Source: Zygnema circumcarinatum SAG 698-1b (lineage: Eukaryota > Plantae > Zygnematophyceae). Taken from it: a stretch of 64,000 nt of DNA. The translations under genes were made by a program, and so were the position numbers. Each line of letters begins with the position of its first letter. Positions within the stretch are counted from its first letter, which is position 1. Below the pieces are notes generated by a model. It was not told the origin of the DNA. It worked only from the letters and a program-made list of their open reading frames with translations, and ran no database searches. Below, in pieces: positions 46,824-58,800 of this stretch. The stretch lies in NCBI GenBank assembly GCA_037447605.1, contig CM074812.1:1984001-2048000 (forward strand), in the 5' to 3' direction.

Positions 46824-49800
46824 CATCTGACGCTGACCAGGTTAGTGCACATCACATTGTCGACCGCCGCGAGGTTAAAGCTTGACACCTGCTCTCTCCT
46901 CTCCCTGCATGCTCTGTGAGATCACACGCTGGGACTACCACAGGAACAAAAAATAAGAGTTCATCACTTTGTACATTCCATGACTTGAGCGAACATGGCG
47001 TCCAGTGGGAAAGAGAGGCCCACCAGCAGCTCCATGTACGCCTTCATCTCTCCGTTCCGATGCAGGTGGTCGGCAAACCTGAAAGGCCAAAGCGCTCCCT
47101 ATGGCCCTCTCTCTTACTTTCCATTCCCCTTCCCGGCCTCTCTCACTCTCTCTTTCTCTCTCCCCCCAATTCTTCTCTCTAACGGACGTACGATGCAGGA
47201 GCCCACTTATGTTTGATTGAATGTGAATCGAGCTGGCGACTCTAATGCCGTTCTCCCAACATATTGTCCCAATCGCATCTGCTGGATTGAATAGATTTCA
47301 AATTCTCTCCCTCAGTTCAAGTAACGCCATATTGTAAGACGAACGGACCTCTTGATGGGCATGTTGGTGATGGTGAAGAGACGATTGAAGCGAATACCAA
47401 ATGTCTCCCACAGCTCCTTCTGTGACCCACACAGGAAAAGATCAACCCCTTCACTCCTCTACAAAACCACAAAACTATTCCAACGCTGCATCAGCTCACC
47501 CCTTGGATAAAGGCACACCTTGTAGGCCGCTTCGAGAGACTCCTGAGGAGGGGGGAGCGATGCTCCCACAGGGTTGTACACAAGGTCCAACGTCAACCCT
47601 GAACCCTCGTCACCGTACCTGCCATTTGCCTCCTCCTTCACTTCAAGTCAGCACGCATTCTCGGCATGTATGTGTAGTGGCTCAAGTCCATTCATTTACA
47701 ATCTGTTGAACTCGGGTTTCCACGAGTCTCGGCATTTCAAGATTTGAGGTTTGTACGGGGTTTCGGCAGATTTTTCTTTTGTGCGGACAGCATTCCTCCC
47801 ATCAAACCACTCCTTTCGCATAGCACCACAGGCGCATACAACCTCGAGGGATACGCGCACCCTTAGATCTAAAGGAAAGTACAACCGCTAGTAGAGGTGG
47901 GACCTCCCCGAGCTCACCCTAAAAACCCTAAATACCCTAAAAACCCTAAAAACCCTAAAACCCGTTCCAATGGAAGGGAACGCACCCGAGTCGGTTGAGC
48001 ATGAGCAGCGCTTCAATGCTTCGCTCGAACACTCCTCGCCCTCTCTGCCCACACAATCAATCAACCGCAATGCTCCTTCCATAGAACCGCTTGGAAGTGA
48101 CAACGTGCAGCCAAAGGCATCAGTTGACCACAGCTATGGAGGACCCCCTCCCTCCTTCCCCCTCCCTCCCTCCCCCTTTTCCCCATCTCCACCTCCCCCT
48201 TTTCCCCATCTCCACCTCCCCCTTTTCCCCATCTCCACCTCCCCCTTTTCCCCATCTCCACCTCCCCCTTTTCCCCATCTCCACCTCCCCCTTTTCCCCA
48301 TCTCCACCTCCCCCTTTTCCCCATCTCCACCTCCCCTTTTTCCCCATCTCCACCTCCCCCTTTTCCCCATCTCCACCTCCCCCTAGCTACCTCCTCACCT
48401 GCTTGTCGACGTTGTTTGCAGAGTAGCACGGCAGAGAGGCGACCACCTGCACTCTGTGGTCGGCCAAAAACTGCGCCAAGTCCTGTGACAAACGAAAGGC
48501 CTGTCATGCAAGCAAGGGCTCGTGACATACCGTCACGTGACGTGACATACCGTAACGTGACGTGATATACCGTCACGTGACGTGACAAGAAGGACCTGAT
48601 GAGGTGAGACTCTATGTGATGTTACGCGTGTCGGGGTGATGCAGCGGGATGTGATGTGATGTGGTGTTTGCAACATCACTTTCTAGTGGACCCACCTCCT
48701 GCCCTTCTTCCAGCAGCACAGTGAGGTTGCATCTGTCCAAAACCTGCCGCCCAAGCCGCCTGACCTCCCTCACCAAATATCTGTGGCAGAGACAGTCATA
48801 GAAAGTCCAATGAATACAAAAGTAGTTGAAAAAATCTCAATACAAGCGACCCTTAAGACACCTTCTGAACATCGTACGCCTTCACTAAATCGACCTCATA
48901 AAAATACCGTTTCACCAGTGAGAACTAGATTGAAAGCCATGGAATTCAAACAGGCTCGCCAAATGCCGTCTAATGTGAACCATTGCTGCCCTAAAAGGTA
49001 GGAAGTTTTAGCACTTAACCGAAATTGCGCATTTAATTCGGGTGCACCCCCTGTGATGTCCACGGTGTGAACCGACGGACTCCGCTCCAAAAGCGAAATC
49101 TGACAACAATTCCGTTCAGAAGGAACGGGTCATACTCTATGACTGTCCTAAGGAAAAGTGCACTAACAAACTATTCTCAACATGGTGAAGCACTAAACCC
49201 ACAAACCAAAAAAAACCCAAAACTTCTCCGACGCTCTAACCCCTTCTCCCTGAACAAAGAAAATGCACAAGAGGCAGTTTTGCCTTGGTCCGTTCAACGT
49301 TTACAGTACCACTCTTTCGACTGTGGGCTTATCCATCATCTCCGTGCGAAGTGGAGAGCTTTCCACGTGGCAGTGAGAGCAGGCCTGGTTGCAGTACAGT
49401 CCAATATTGAGCTGCAGAGTGCCCACCTCCTTCCGCCGGAGGGGGCCTTTGAACCCCTGATAACCCCTCCAACAGTACCCACCCAAACATGATGAAATCC
49501 CTTCCTGAGTCATCCTTCTCAACAGCCTACTACACAGTTCAGAAACGCTTCTATTTGTGGAGACGATACCGTTCCATGTGGAAACCTTCCAAAGTGATAA
49601 GTCGAATCTCTTGAATGACCCTGCGGAGGGAAACCCCTTCTCCCTCTTCTAGATTGCTCCTTCCTTCCCACCCACTCCAACCCCATATCCCATTCTCTCC
49701 CTCCCCCTCGCCTCCTCTTCCCCCACTCCCCCAACTCCTCCCCCGCCCCCAACACCTCCTCTCCGTCCACCTCAATTCCTTTCCTTTTCTTCTTCCTCCC

Positions 49801-50783
49801 TCCAACCCCCTTCCTCCATTCCATTATGCCTCCCTCCCTCCCTCCCTCCCTCCCTCCCTCCCCCCCCCCCGCTGCCTCTCCCTCTTCCTCCTCCCCCTTC
49901 AAAAACCTGCGCTAACCCATCCCACCCTCCCTCTCATTGGCGACCAGTCCCGGCTCTCCTTCACCTTCTCTGCGACGAACTGAGGGAAGTTCGGCACGCC
50001 GAGCCCGTCCAGCGCGCGCCCTCTCCGGCGCCTCTCTGCGGCGGAGAGCGCGGTCTGCCCCTGCTCGCGGAGCTCGCGCGCCGCGCGCTGAAACTCGGAA
50101 TCGTGCGCCATCGCCTCCAGGGTTTGCGGAATCAGCGAACTCTGCACCCAGGAGAGGGGGAGGGGAGGGGGAGGTGGGTGGAGGGGTGAGAGAGAATGCA
50201 TGGGGGAGAGAGATGGAGGGTGGGGGAGGGTGGTGGAGGGGAGGGGGAGGTGGGTGGAGGGGTGAGAGGGAATGCGTGGCGGAGAGAGATGGAGGGTGGT
50301 GGAGGGTGGGGGAGGGGAGGGGGGAGGTGGGTGGAGGAGAGGTTGGAAAGGGAGGAGAGAATGGAAGATTGGGAGGCAGTGGGTGGAGGGGAAGGGAAAA
50401 GGAAGAATTAAGAAGGACGCGAGAGTGACCCACAATAAAGATTCACAACGAGGGGTAGAGCAAGGAGAGTGTGGAGAGAAGAGAATAAGAAACGAAACGA
50501 ATACAGAGAGGAAAAACAGCTCTATACTATTTTAGAGGAGAGAGAGTCGAGAGAGAGCGAGCCGAACCACAGAGGAACCTCGCGCAGTTTCGCCGTCTTC
50601 GCCACCCACGCTCGCCGCAACAGCAACCCCACGCGTCTGCCATGGCCGGGAGGAGGAGGCCTCGCTCGGCACTCCCAGGAGGAAGGATCGCCTCAAAGGA
50701 GCTCCGCCCTTCCAGCTGTCGCCGAGAGCCCCTCCGCGCGAGGAGAGCGGCGCGGCCGCGGGAGGGGCGAAGGAGGCGGCCAT
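46824..50783 (-). CDS. arsS: Radical SAM / Cys-rich domain protein, ArsS-like (DUF3641 family), probable plastid transit peptide; C-terminal exon(s) not found
   Basis: Exons SLIPQTLEAMAHDSEFQ..LGVPNF; TLQLNIGLYCNQACSHCHVESSPLRTEMM (CxxxCxxC); VDITGGAPELNAQFR; LDRCNLTVLLE; VVASLPCYSANNVDKQ; RGRGVFERSIEAL; LDLVYNPVGASLPPPQ; FGIRFNRLFTITNMPIKR; FADHL; SFNLAAVDNVMCTNLVSVRW. Start codon and first splice are tentative; the ArsS function is by family resemblance only. Confidence 0.85.
48160..48385. repeat. 23-bp tandem repeat (CCCCTTTTCCCCATCTCCACCTC) about 9 copies, in an ArsS-like intron
   Basis: Read directly; G-rich on the sense strand just after a donor. Confidence 0.93.
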
Positions 50784-51170
50784 GGCGACTCGCGCACGCG
50801 CCCGGGGGCTGCCACGCGTGCCCTAACCAGCGGCTCCCTGTGAAGGGAGAAGCGCGCCTCTCCGTCTCCCTCTCCCTCTCCCTCTCCACCGTCCTCTCGC
50901 CTTTCTCTTCTCTCCCCCTCTCTCCCTCCCCTCTCCGCTGCGCGCAAGCACGTGCAGCGACAACAACAGAGAATCGTCACAGCGGACGCGGAGTCGTACG
51001 GATCATAATGTCCGTACAGCACCCCCCTCGCCCGCGAGCGACCGTTCCGACGGAAAAAGTGACCGGAAGTGAAAGCGAAACCGAAAAGCGTCGGAGAGGT
51101 CGCAGTGGCCAGGAGGGAGGCTCTGACGGGGAGGGGGCGAGAGAGGGAGAGAGAGGGGAGACGGGCTGCC

Positions 51171-53893
51171 ATGGCGAGCGAGAGAGAGAGGGAGAGGGAG
51201 AGGGAGAGAGAGAGGGAGAGCGGGCAGCGGTCGAAGGTGGTGCGTGGGACGGGCCTGGAGTGCCGCGTGTACGACGGGCGCGGGGGCCCGCCCGCGTGGC
51301 GGCTCTGCCTCGAGAGCGCGCACTTCTGCGCCGTCTCCTCCGCCGGCGCCGCCAGCGAGGTCAGGGGGCGGGGCATGGGGGGCATGGGGTCATGGGTTCA
51401 TGGGTTCATGGGGGCATGGCGGCATTGGGGCTCTCAAGTGGGGGGTGGCTCTTTGACCGCCGATCTGGCATGTGGACATGGAGCAGGAAGAATGAAAGTT
51501 TGAGCTTGGGGCGGTCGTTGCGTGCGGAACATGGATGGACGAAGAATGAAGCATGTCACATGCAGCAGTGTGATCTTTCGTTTTGGTTTTCTTTCCTTGT
51601 TTGAATGAAGCATTGCACACTCAGCGTGGACCACATGTTTTCAGCATTGAGCTTGGAACCTGGAGGCGGGTGACGTTGCTTTACATTAATCGTCTTGAGA
51701 TCCACTTATTGCCTTTGAAAACTCAACGACCCCGGAGGCCCTTTAGTTTTTAAGGATCACGACTTTTTACCCGCTATGGAATTTAGAATCCAATTTACAA
51801 TATGCAATTTATACTACTGTTGCTTTAGCATCTGTTGAATGCGTAAGTGAAGATCGTCCGGTCTTTGATCGCAGATTGAAGCAGACATTGTGGAGCAGAG
51901 CGGGCGCGCGTACTCCATTTGCGCGAGCGAGGCAGCCATAGAATCAACGGAAGAGGACGGCGCCGACATTCACTTTGATGGTGAGCGCAACCTTCGACAG
52001 GGAGACGTCCTCCTTTCTTGAGAAAAAAAGTGATGGCATCGATGGTAGCACGTGAAGCAATTGATGTAAATCCTTTCGATTTTCGTATGGATGTTGAGGA
52101 TAGTTTTCTAATTCCTACTGTCCTATTGCAGATGGCGTGCAAGCGCGAGAACTCGCCTCCGGAGCGGCAGTTGAGTGCGTATCCATGGTAGGAATCTCTC
52201 AGCTCAGTTCAGTTCAGTTCAATGCCCTTTTTCTCTCTTTTCATGTCTTTTCCACTTGCTTTGTGAACTATGGCGCGTTCACGATTGAGCAAAAGCAACA
52301 AAGAATTTCCATCAGGTGCAAGAGGCACGCGAGAGATGAATACAGCAAACCATGATGAAGAGAGAATGCGACGACCGAACAAAGGACGGCGTTTCGATGT
52401 CAAACTGACCCCCCCCTCCCTCCCCTCCCTCCCTCCCTCCCTCCCGCCCGCCCTCCCTCCCCTCCCTCCCCTCCCTCCCCCCTTCCCNNNNNNNNNNTCT
52501 CTTGTGGACCCAGACATGGCTGACAAAAAAACGCCAACTTCGCTTCCACGGCGACGTCTCGGGCAGTTTGGGAAATTTCCGCCTGACCGCCCCCTCCCTC
52601 AAGGTCCAGCAGCGGCCCGCCCCTCGTCCTCGTGGTTTCAGCGCCAGCTTGGGCCCCCTCCCCTGGAGAGGCCGCGTGGAGGTAGAGGGACCCTCGCACG
52701 TGTGGGCGGACCTTGCGGTTCCCCCTCCGGCCGCTACCGCCCCTAAGGGAATTTATTGGACCCCTCCTCCCTCCTCTGAGTACAGGCCTACTCTTGAGCT
52801 TCAAGAGGGAGGGAAGGGAGGGAGGAAGGAGAGCTGGTTAGAGAAGAAGCCCTCTGCTCAGACGCGGCGGGAGGTAAGGAAGACGAGAGGGAGGAGGAAG
52901 TTGAGGTCAGCGGGAATTGAGGGAGATGGAAAGTTGGGGGGGAATTTGATGGCGGGAATCTCCCTCGCTATGGCACTCGCGGCTCCGTTTCAGTTAGCCA
53001 AAAGGGTGTTCGGGATGTTGGGAGTGGGGGGGCATATGTCCATTGAACAGCTGTTGAGTGAGAGTGGGAAGGCGAGGGAGAGGAGAGAGCAGTGGGAGTC
53101 GGCTCCTACATGGAGGACGTCGAAAGGGGTGGCAATACCTTTGGGAGCGGCGGAGGCAGGAAGTGGGGGAGAAGTGGGAGCGTCCTCCTCTTTACAGAGA
53201 GGAGCCATGGGGGGAGAGGAGGGAGAGAGTGGGAGGGAGGCCGGAGGGGGCGGTACTGCTGAAGTGGAGGTGCATGCGAGAGATGGCTTCGTGTGGGAGG
53301 TATATGCGGGAGAGGTTCAGTTTTTGGGGCCGTTGGAACTGCACTGCCGAAGCCTTGGAGCGAAGGTACGGACGGCTGCCCACTCTCTCATTATCACCCA
53401 CTCTCACTCTTACTTACGACCTCCTCCCTTCGGTCGCAAGTTCTCGCGAGGAATGGCGAGGGTTTTCAGAGTGTTCGGAGAACTCAGAACGGTGTTTAGG
53501 CGGTGTATTGCGAGGTCTTTTGTGCTCGTCTGACAGTATTTGCAGTGTGGCACTTCCAATAATATAACATGTTGGTTTTTTTTTTTTTTCTTTTGTTACT
53601 TTCTGCCTCCTCCCAATTGTTTTCTTTTGCAGGTGGAAGCGGGAAGCGGCAAGCTGCAGGTGCACAAGGGGCAGCTCGTCCTGAGCCGGAACGTGTACGG
53701 CACGCTGGGCGGGTTCCGCATGGCCTCCCCGCGGCTCGTGTGGAAGGGGCTGCGGCCGCTGCGGGGGAGGGAGAGGGGGAGGGAGAGGGGGAGGGAGAGG
53801 GGGAGGGAGAGGGAGAGGGAGAGGGAGAGGGGCCTGCAGACGGGCTGGCTCGTGGCGGACAAGGGCCTGCGCGTTTGGCGGGTCCCGCACTGA
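51171..53893 (+). CDS. Unidentified multi-exon protein
   Basis: Non-repetitive frames with plausible GT-AG ends: SKVVRGTGLECRVYDGRGGPPAWRLCLESAHFCAVSS; IEADIVEQSGRAYSICASEAAIE; GVQARELASGAAVECVSM; WTQTWLTKKRQLRFHGDVSGSLGNFRL..EVHARDGFVWEVYAGEVQFLGPLELHCRSLGAK; VEAGSGKLQVHKGQLVLSRNVYGTLGGFRMASPRLVWKG..GWLVADKGLRVWRVPH*. Family not recognised; an N gap lies at 52488-52497. Confidence 0.65.
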
Positions 53894-54793
53894 CCGACTG
53901 ACGGACTGTATGTGGTGCTTGCTTCATGCATTGTGAGGCGCGTGGCAGTTGTGCTCGCTCGTTCGAGAGAATCGAATGGAAGCCCTCCATCCCTCCTTCC
54001 CTCTGATGGTGGCTTTGTGCTGTGCTGGTCGAGTTCCCACCCCCCCCTCCCCCTCCTTTGATGTACCGACTGGTGGGAATTGCGCGCCTTCAAGGCAGGG
54101 CGGGGTTGCGGCTTCTTCCTTCATCTGCCTCGACTCGCCTCCCTCCCTCATGCGTGCGGGAGCGCGATCCGCAGCCATGGATGTCCCATCCATCCATTCA
54201 TCCATCGGTTGCGTTGCGTTGGAAGGTGCCCCGTCGGAGGACCTCCCTCTCTCTTGCCGCACCTTGGACGTGGATGCCACGTGGCACCCTCGGCATGTGG
54301 CCAATATCATCGAAACATACCGCCCGACACCTTGAAACATCACCACATTCCGCACTCCGTTATTAAAAGCCCCGATGAGCGAAAACGACAACAATATGCG
54401 CCTTCAGAGAGGCCTACTATTGATCGCGGCGGAAGTGACAAAACAAAACAGGCAGTGACAGACGTGACAAAACGTCACATGACGACACGAATCCGTATGC
54501 AATTCGCACGGCGCTGACATCACATAGCAGGCGAACGAGTGCCATCAAACGTGCGAAGGATGCGCTCTCGTCGACAATCGGATCCGCTCCATCGGACGAC
54601 TCAAACGTATACGCCGTTCAGATGCGTCCTTTGCACGTGTCAGAATCGACGGCAAGGATGCAATCCGTATGGCCACTCCAAACAGACAGACCGGGCGGTA
54701 GTCGCGGACAGATCAGTGAGGACACGTGGCATTCAGTGATTGGCCAACCAGCGCGCAGATCGCCCGCACAGGCGACAAAGCAGTGAGGTGACG

Positions 54794-55852
54794 TCACGCA
54801 GAGGGGCGGTCCCACGCGGTCTCGCGCGTCGCGAGGTTTCCGAAGTAGACCGACGCGGAGGACGCGTCCCAGAAGGCCTGGAAACCACGAGGGGAGGGGA
54901 GAGTGAAAGGAAGAGAGAGGGAGAGAGAGGGAGAGAGGGGGAGAGAGAGGGAGAGAGGGAAGCCAACCCGTCAGCACGACGCCTACCAACACATACAAAA
55001 ACAACAAGAGAAAAAAGAATAGAAAAGTGGATGGAAAGAAAGAACAATGAAAGGTGAATTGCGGTTGCGGTTGTGGGGCCCACCCACCCGCCAGCCCGGC
55101 GGGAGGCCCACCGACATGGCCGCCAGGTCGGGCCGGCCGCGACCGCCCTCCTCTGCGGGCGCCGCTTCGTCAGCAGCCATGTCAGCAGCCACGTCAGCAG
55201 GCGCAGGTACAGGTGTCGCAAGGGCAGTGGCTGAGGCTTGGCGAGCGCGCTTCACGCGGTCTCTCCTGATATGGGCAGCAGCCAGAGGGAGGGGATGTGA
55301 GAGGGAGAGAAAAGGAGAGAGAGGGAGAGAGAGAGGGGGAGGGAGAGGTAGAGAAAGAGAGGGGGAGGGAGGGAGAGGGGGAGGGAGAGGGCACGCAGGA
55401 GGGAGGGCGAGCCATAGTGAGAGAGGCACCAGTGGGTCCCTCCGAGCGGCTGAAAGTTGGCGTTCTCCCTCACGCTGCCCGCCGCCAGCTGCTGCGCCTT
55501 CCACTCCTGCAGGCCGCCACGTGGCGCGATGACAGGGCAGGGTCTGCCTTTAGGTAGGAATCAATCTCCACTCGGGGTTCCATGTGAACGTTTATATTTG
55601 TGGACTTTGACTTCAACTTCAACTTCAACTTTGACTTTGGCTTTGACTTTGAGTTTGAAGCAGTCTGTGGGAGCGACCTCGATCTCGCGGAGCTTCTTCT
55701 TCTCCCGCGCCGCGAGGTCGAACTCGTCCGGCTCCGCCGCCGCCTCCTGCAGCTCCTCCTTCGCGGCCTTCCACTGCAGCAGAGGAGCAGACAGGGACAG
55801 CCCTACGTAGGAACTTGAACACAGAGAGAGAGAGGGGGAGGGNNNNNNNNNN

Positions 55853-55887
<35 letters not shown>

Positions 55888-58800
55888 GGAGGGGGAGAGA
55901 GAGAGAGGGAGGGGGGGGGGTCTTGGACCTAAGCCTAGGAAACCCAGAACCAGAAGCCTACATTCTGTTTCGAGCTTTCTCCACTCTCCCCAATGCTAAT
56001 GGAGCAACTTTTCTTCCACTTTCAACTGGGTTTGTTTTACTGAAGAGTAAAGCCCACTACAGTATGCAGTCTCTACCGCTACCTTGTGCAGCATGGAGGA
56101 GACTCGCTTGCTGGACTTGAGCCCTCCGCCGACCGCAGTAGCCACCTTCCGCTTCCTCCCTGCGCCGCCAAAGAGAGAACATGGAAAAAAAAGTGTCGGA
56201 AATGTGTTTGTGTTGGCGATGGAAAGTGTTGGAAATGAAGATAACGAAACGACTTCCAAATCCTATAAACTTCACTAATCGAGAAACACAAGAGTCTCCA
56301 AAGATCTTAAGGACGCTAAAGCTCCCACAAAATCCCAAAAGCTCAAGAAGCAAAGGAGCACAAACATTGCGTTTCTACGGCAATCTGACCGGCACTATAT
56401 TGTTTAGAATTAATAAACTACAAAGAGAAAATCTAAAATGAAAGTTGCAAGTCGGAATAGCATCGTTCCTCTTCTATTCTTTTCTTCTGGTATCAACATC
56501 TGTAGCTATTCCAGTTAGGCGACAGTTGTGCTCCCAACCCACCCGGATCTGTGCGCTTAACGGCCGCTGCTGTTGCAGTTGCGGCGGACGGAACAGCGTT
56601 TGTTGCAGTTCGAGACGTGGGTCCGCTGGGTGGCGCGGAATACACGAGTGGTTTCGAGCCATACGCGGATTTTTCAGCAAAAAGGGAAGCTTCAATATTG
56701 GCGAGAATTGCATGGGGGTCGTCCATGGGAGCATAGGGAAATGCCGTTTCCGTAGGAGGAAACGGAACTGCTGCTTCAACTTGTCGCATTTGGTGGAAAT
56801 CTTCGTATTCAGGCGGAGGCGGAGGGGGCATTTCATCAGGGAGAGGAGGATAGGAAGCTGAGCTTTGCAGTGAGGGGAAAGCAGCAGAAGTGAAGGGCTG
56901 AGAGCCGCCAAAAGGAGGGGCAGAATAGCCGTACGGAATGGGGGCAACCTCAGAGTCTACCTCCATTTCCACATCCATATCCTCCTCTAAGTTGCTACCC
57001 TCATTTTCCGGCATTTTGGGGAAATTTTCTCCAATTTCATGCTGCACTTCTTCACGATTGCCGATTTCCCCCCCTCGCCTTGACTCCGCTTCTCCTTCCT
57101 CGTTCCCTTCCTCTGTATGCCCCATTTGGGTCATCTTCGAGAGTCGAATTTCGCCATCTTCGGCGCTAGAATCTGAGTACATTGACAGCATGCCTAGACC
57201 TAAGGGCTGTTCATGAAGGGCTGCTACAGCAGCTACCCCTACTCCTTCTTTAGGAGAGGGAGGAGAACGAGGACTGGAATGATGGGTCACTTCTGGAATA
57301 GCACGAGGGTTCTCTTTCCCTCCATTGTTTTGGAGCTCGTTCTCAATATCCCTCCTTTCCCCTCCCTCCCCCTCCTCTCTCCGCTCTTCTCCCTCCCTCT
57401 CCCACTCTTGAAGACGGGCCATGCTCCGCTCCCACAGAGCTTCCTGTGGTGCGGAGGTAGCCATGGCTGCCCGGAGATCGGCCGTACGGAGCTCGGCCTC
57501 AATGGCTGCTCTCACACACGGGGCAACATTTTGGAGAGCCTCTCTGCATGCCCAACATCAGTGGGATTGCTCAGAATTGATAGAGTATGTGAGCCAAGAT
57601 CCCTCTCCCTCTCCCTCTCCCTCTCCCTCTCCCGCTCCCTCTCCCTCTCCAGCACATTACTCCACCAGGCTCTGCCTAAATTAGAAGGCCAGAAAGCTGC
57701 AAGTTCTCATATTTATACATTCTGTATGCTGAGTCAAACTAACTCACCCTGCTGCCTGCCGTAGCCGCTCTCCCACCGCCGCCCACCTCTCCGGTAGAGT
57801 GTGAGTGGCCTCGCCCTCCTCCGCTCCCTCCCCCTGCTTTATGCTGCCAGGGAAATCACTCCACTCCCCGTTCGAATCCCGGTCACATACCTTTGTCTCC
57901 CCCTCCCTCTCTCCCTCTCTTGGGTCTCCGCTCCCTCCTCCCTCCTCTCCGGCTTCTCCCACTTCCTCAAGCTCTCTTCCCCTCTCTCCGTCTTCCTCAC
58001 TCCTCTCTGCTTGTCCTTCTCTGGAATTCCTCAACTCTCCATCTGCTGATAAGGCAGCATGGAAGGAGTGGCTTTTTTCTTCCGTTTTTGCTCCCTTACT
58101 CTCATCCTGCTTCCCTCCAACAGTAGAATCCTTAAAATCTTTGGCACTCGTCAGGCGATGGTCCCCTTCAAACAATCCGCCTTCCTCCTCCTTCTCCTCC
58201 TCCCTAACCCCAACAGCAGTCTGTACTAATGTAGCCTCTTTCCCCTCACCTTCCTCCTCTCCCTTTCCCTCTCCCTCTCCCCCTTTAGAAGCGACATACC
58301 CAACTGGAACATCCCACGAAGTTTCACCAGTCGCAACATTCCAATAATAGATACTTCCGCTGCTCTCATCCACCACTGCCTCCCACTTCTCCCCCTCTCC
58401 CACTACTCTCAATCCCTCCGCCGTTATCGGCTCCACGGACCCTAAAAAGTCTTCAGAATTTCCTTCAAAGCTTCCTTTCTGCTTCTCCTCCTTACCACCA
58501 TCCTTAGAGTCCGCATCCTCTCTCGCTTCCGGACCTGACTTTCCATTAGGATTTGCAATACCGACTGTCGGCTTTCTGTCAGATTCCTTGAAAGATTGGT
58601 CAGGGCTCTGCCCATCTTCAAGCAGGCCGCTGTCTTGGAGCTCTGCAAGGAAGCTCTGAACCTGCAAAGGTTTCCATTTGGTAGAACACGGATCCTTCAG
58701 TAACACAATGTGCGACGGCCCCCAAAATGAAAGGAAATACATAAGACAAGCAAAAAAACGAAGAGAACAATTCAAACTTGGGTTAAAGAGCCGGACCTCT

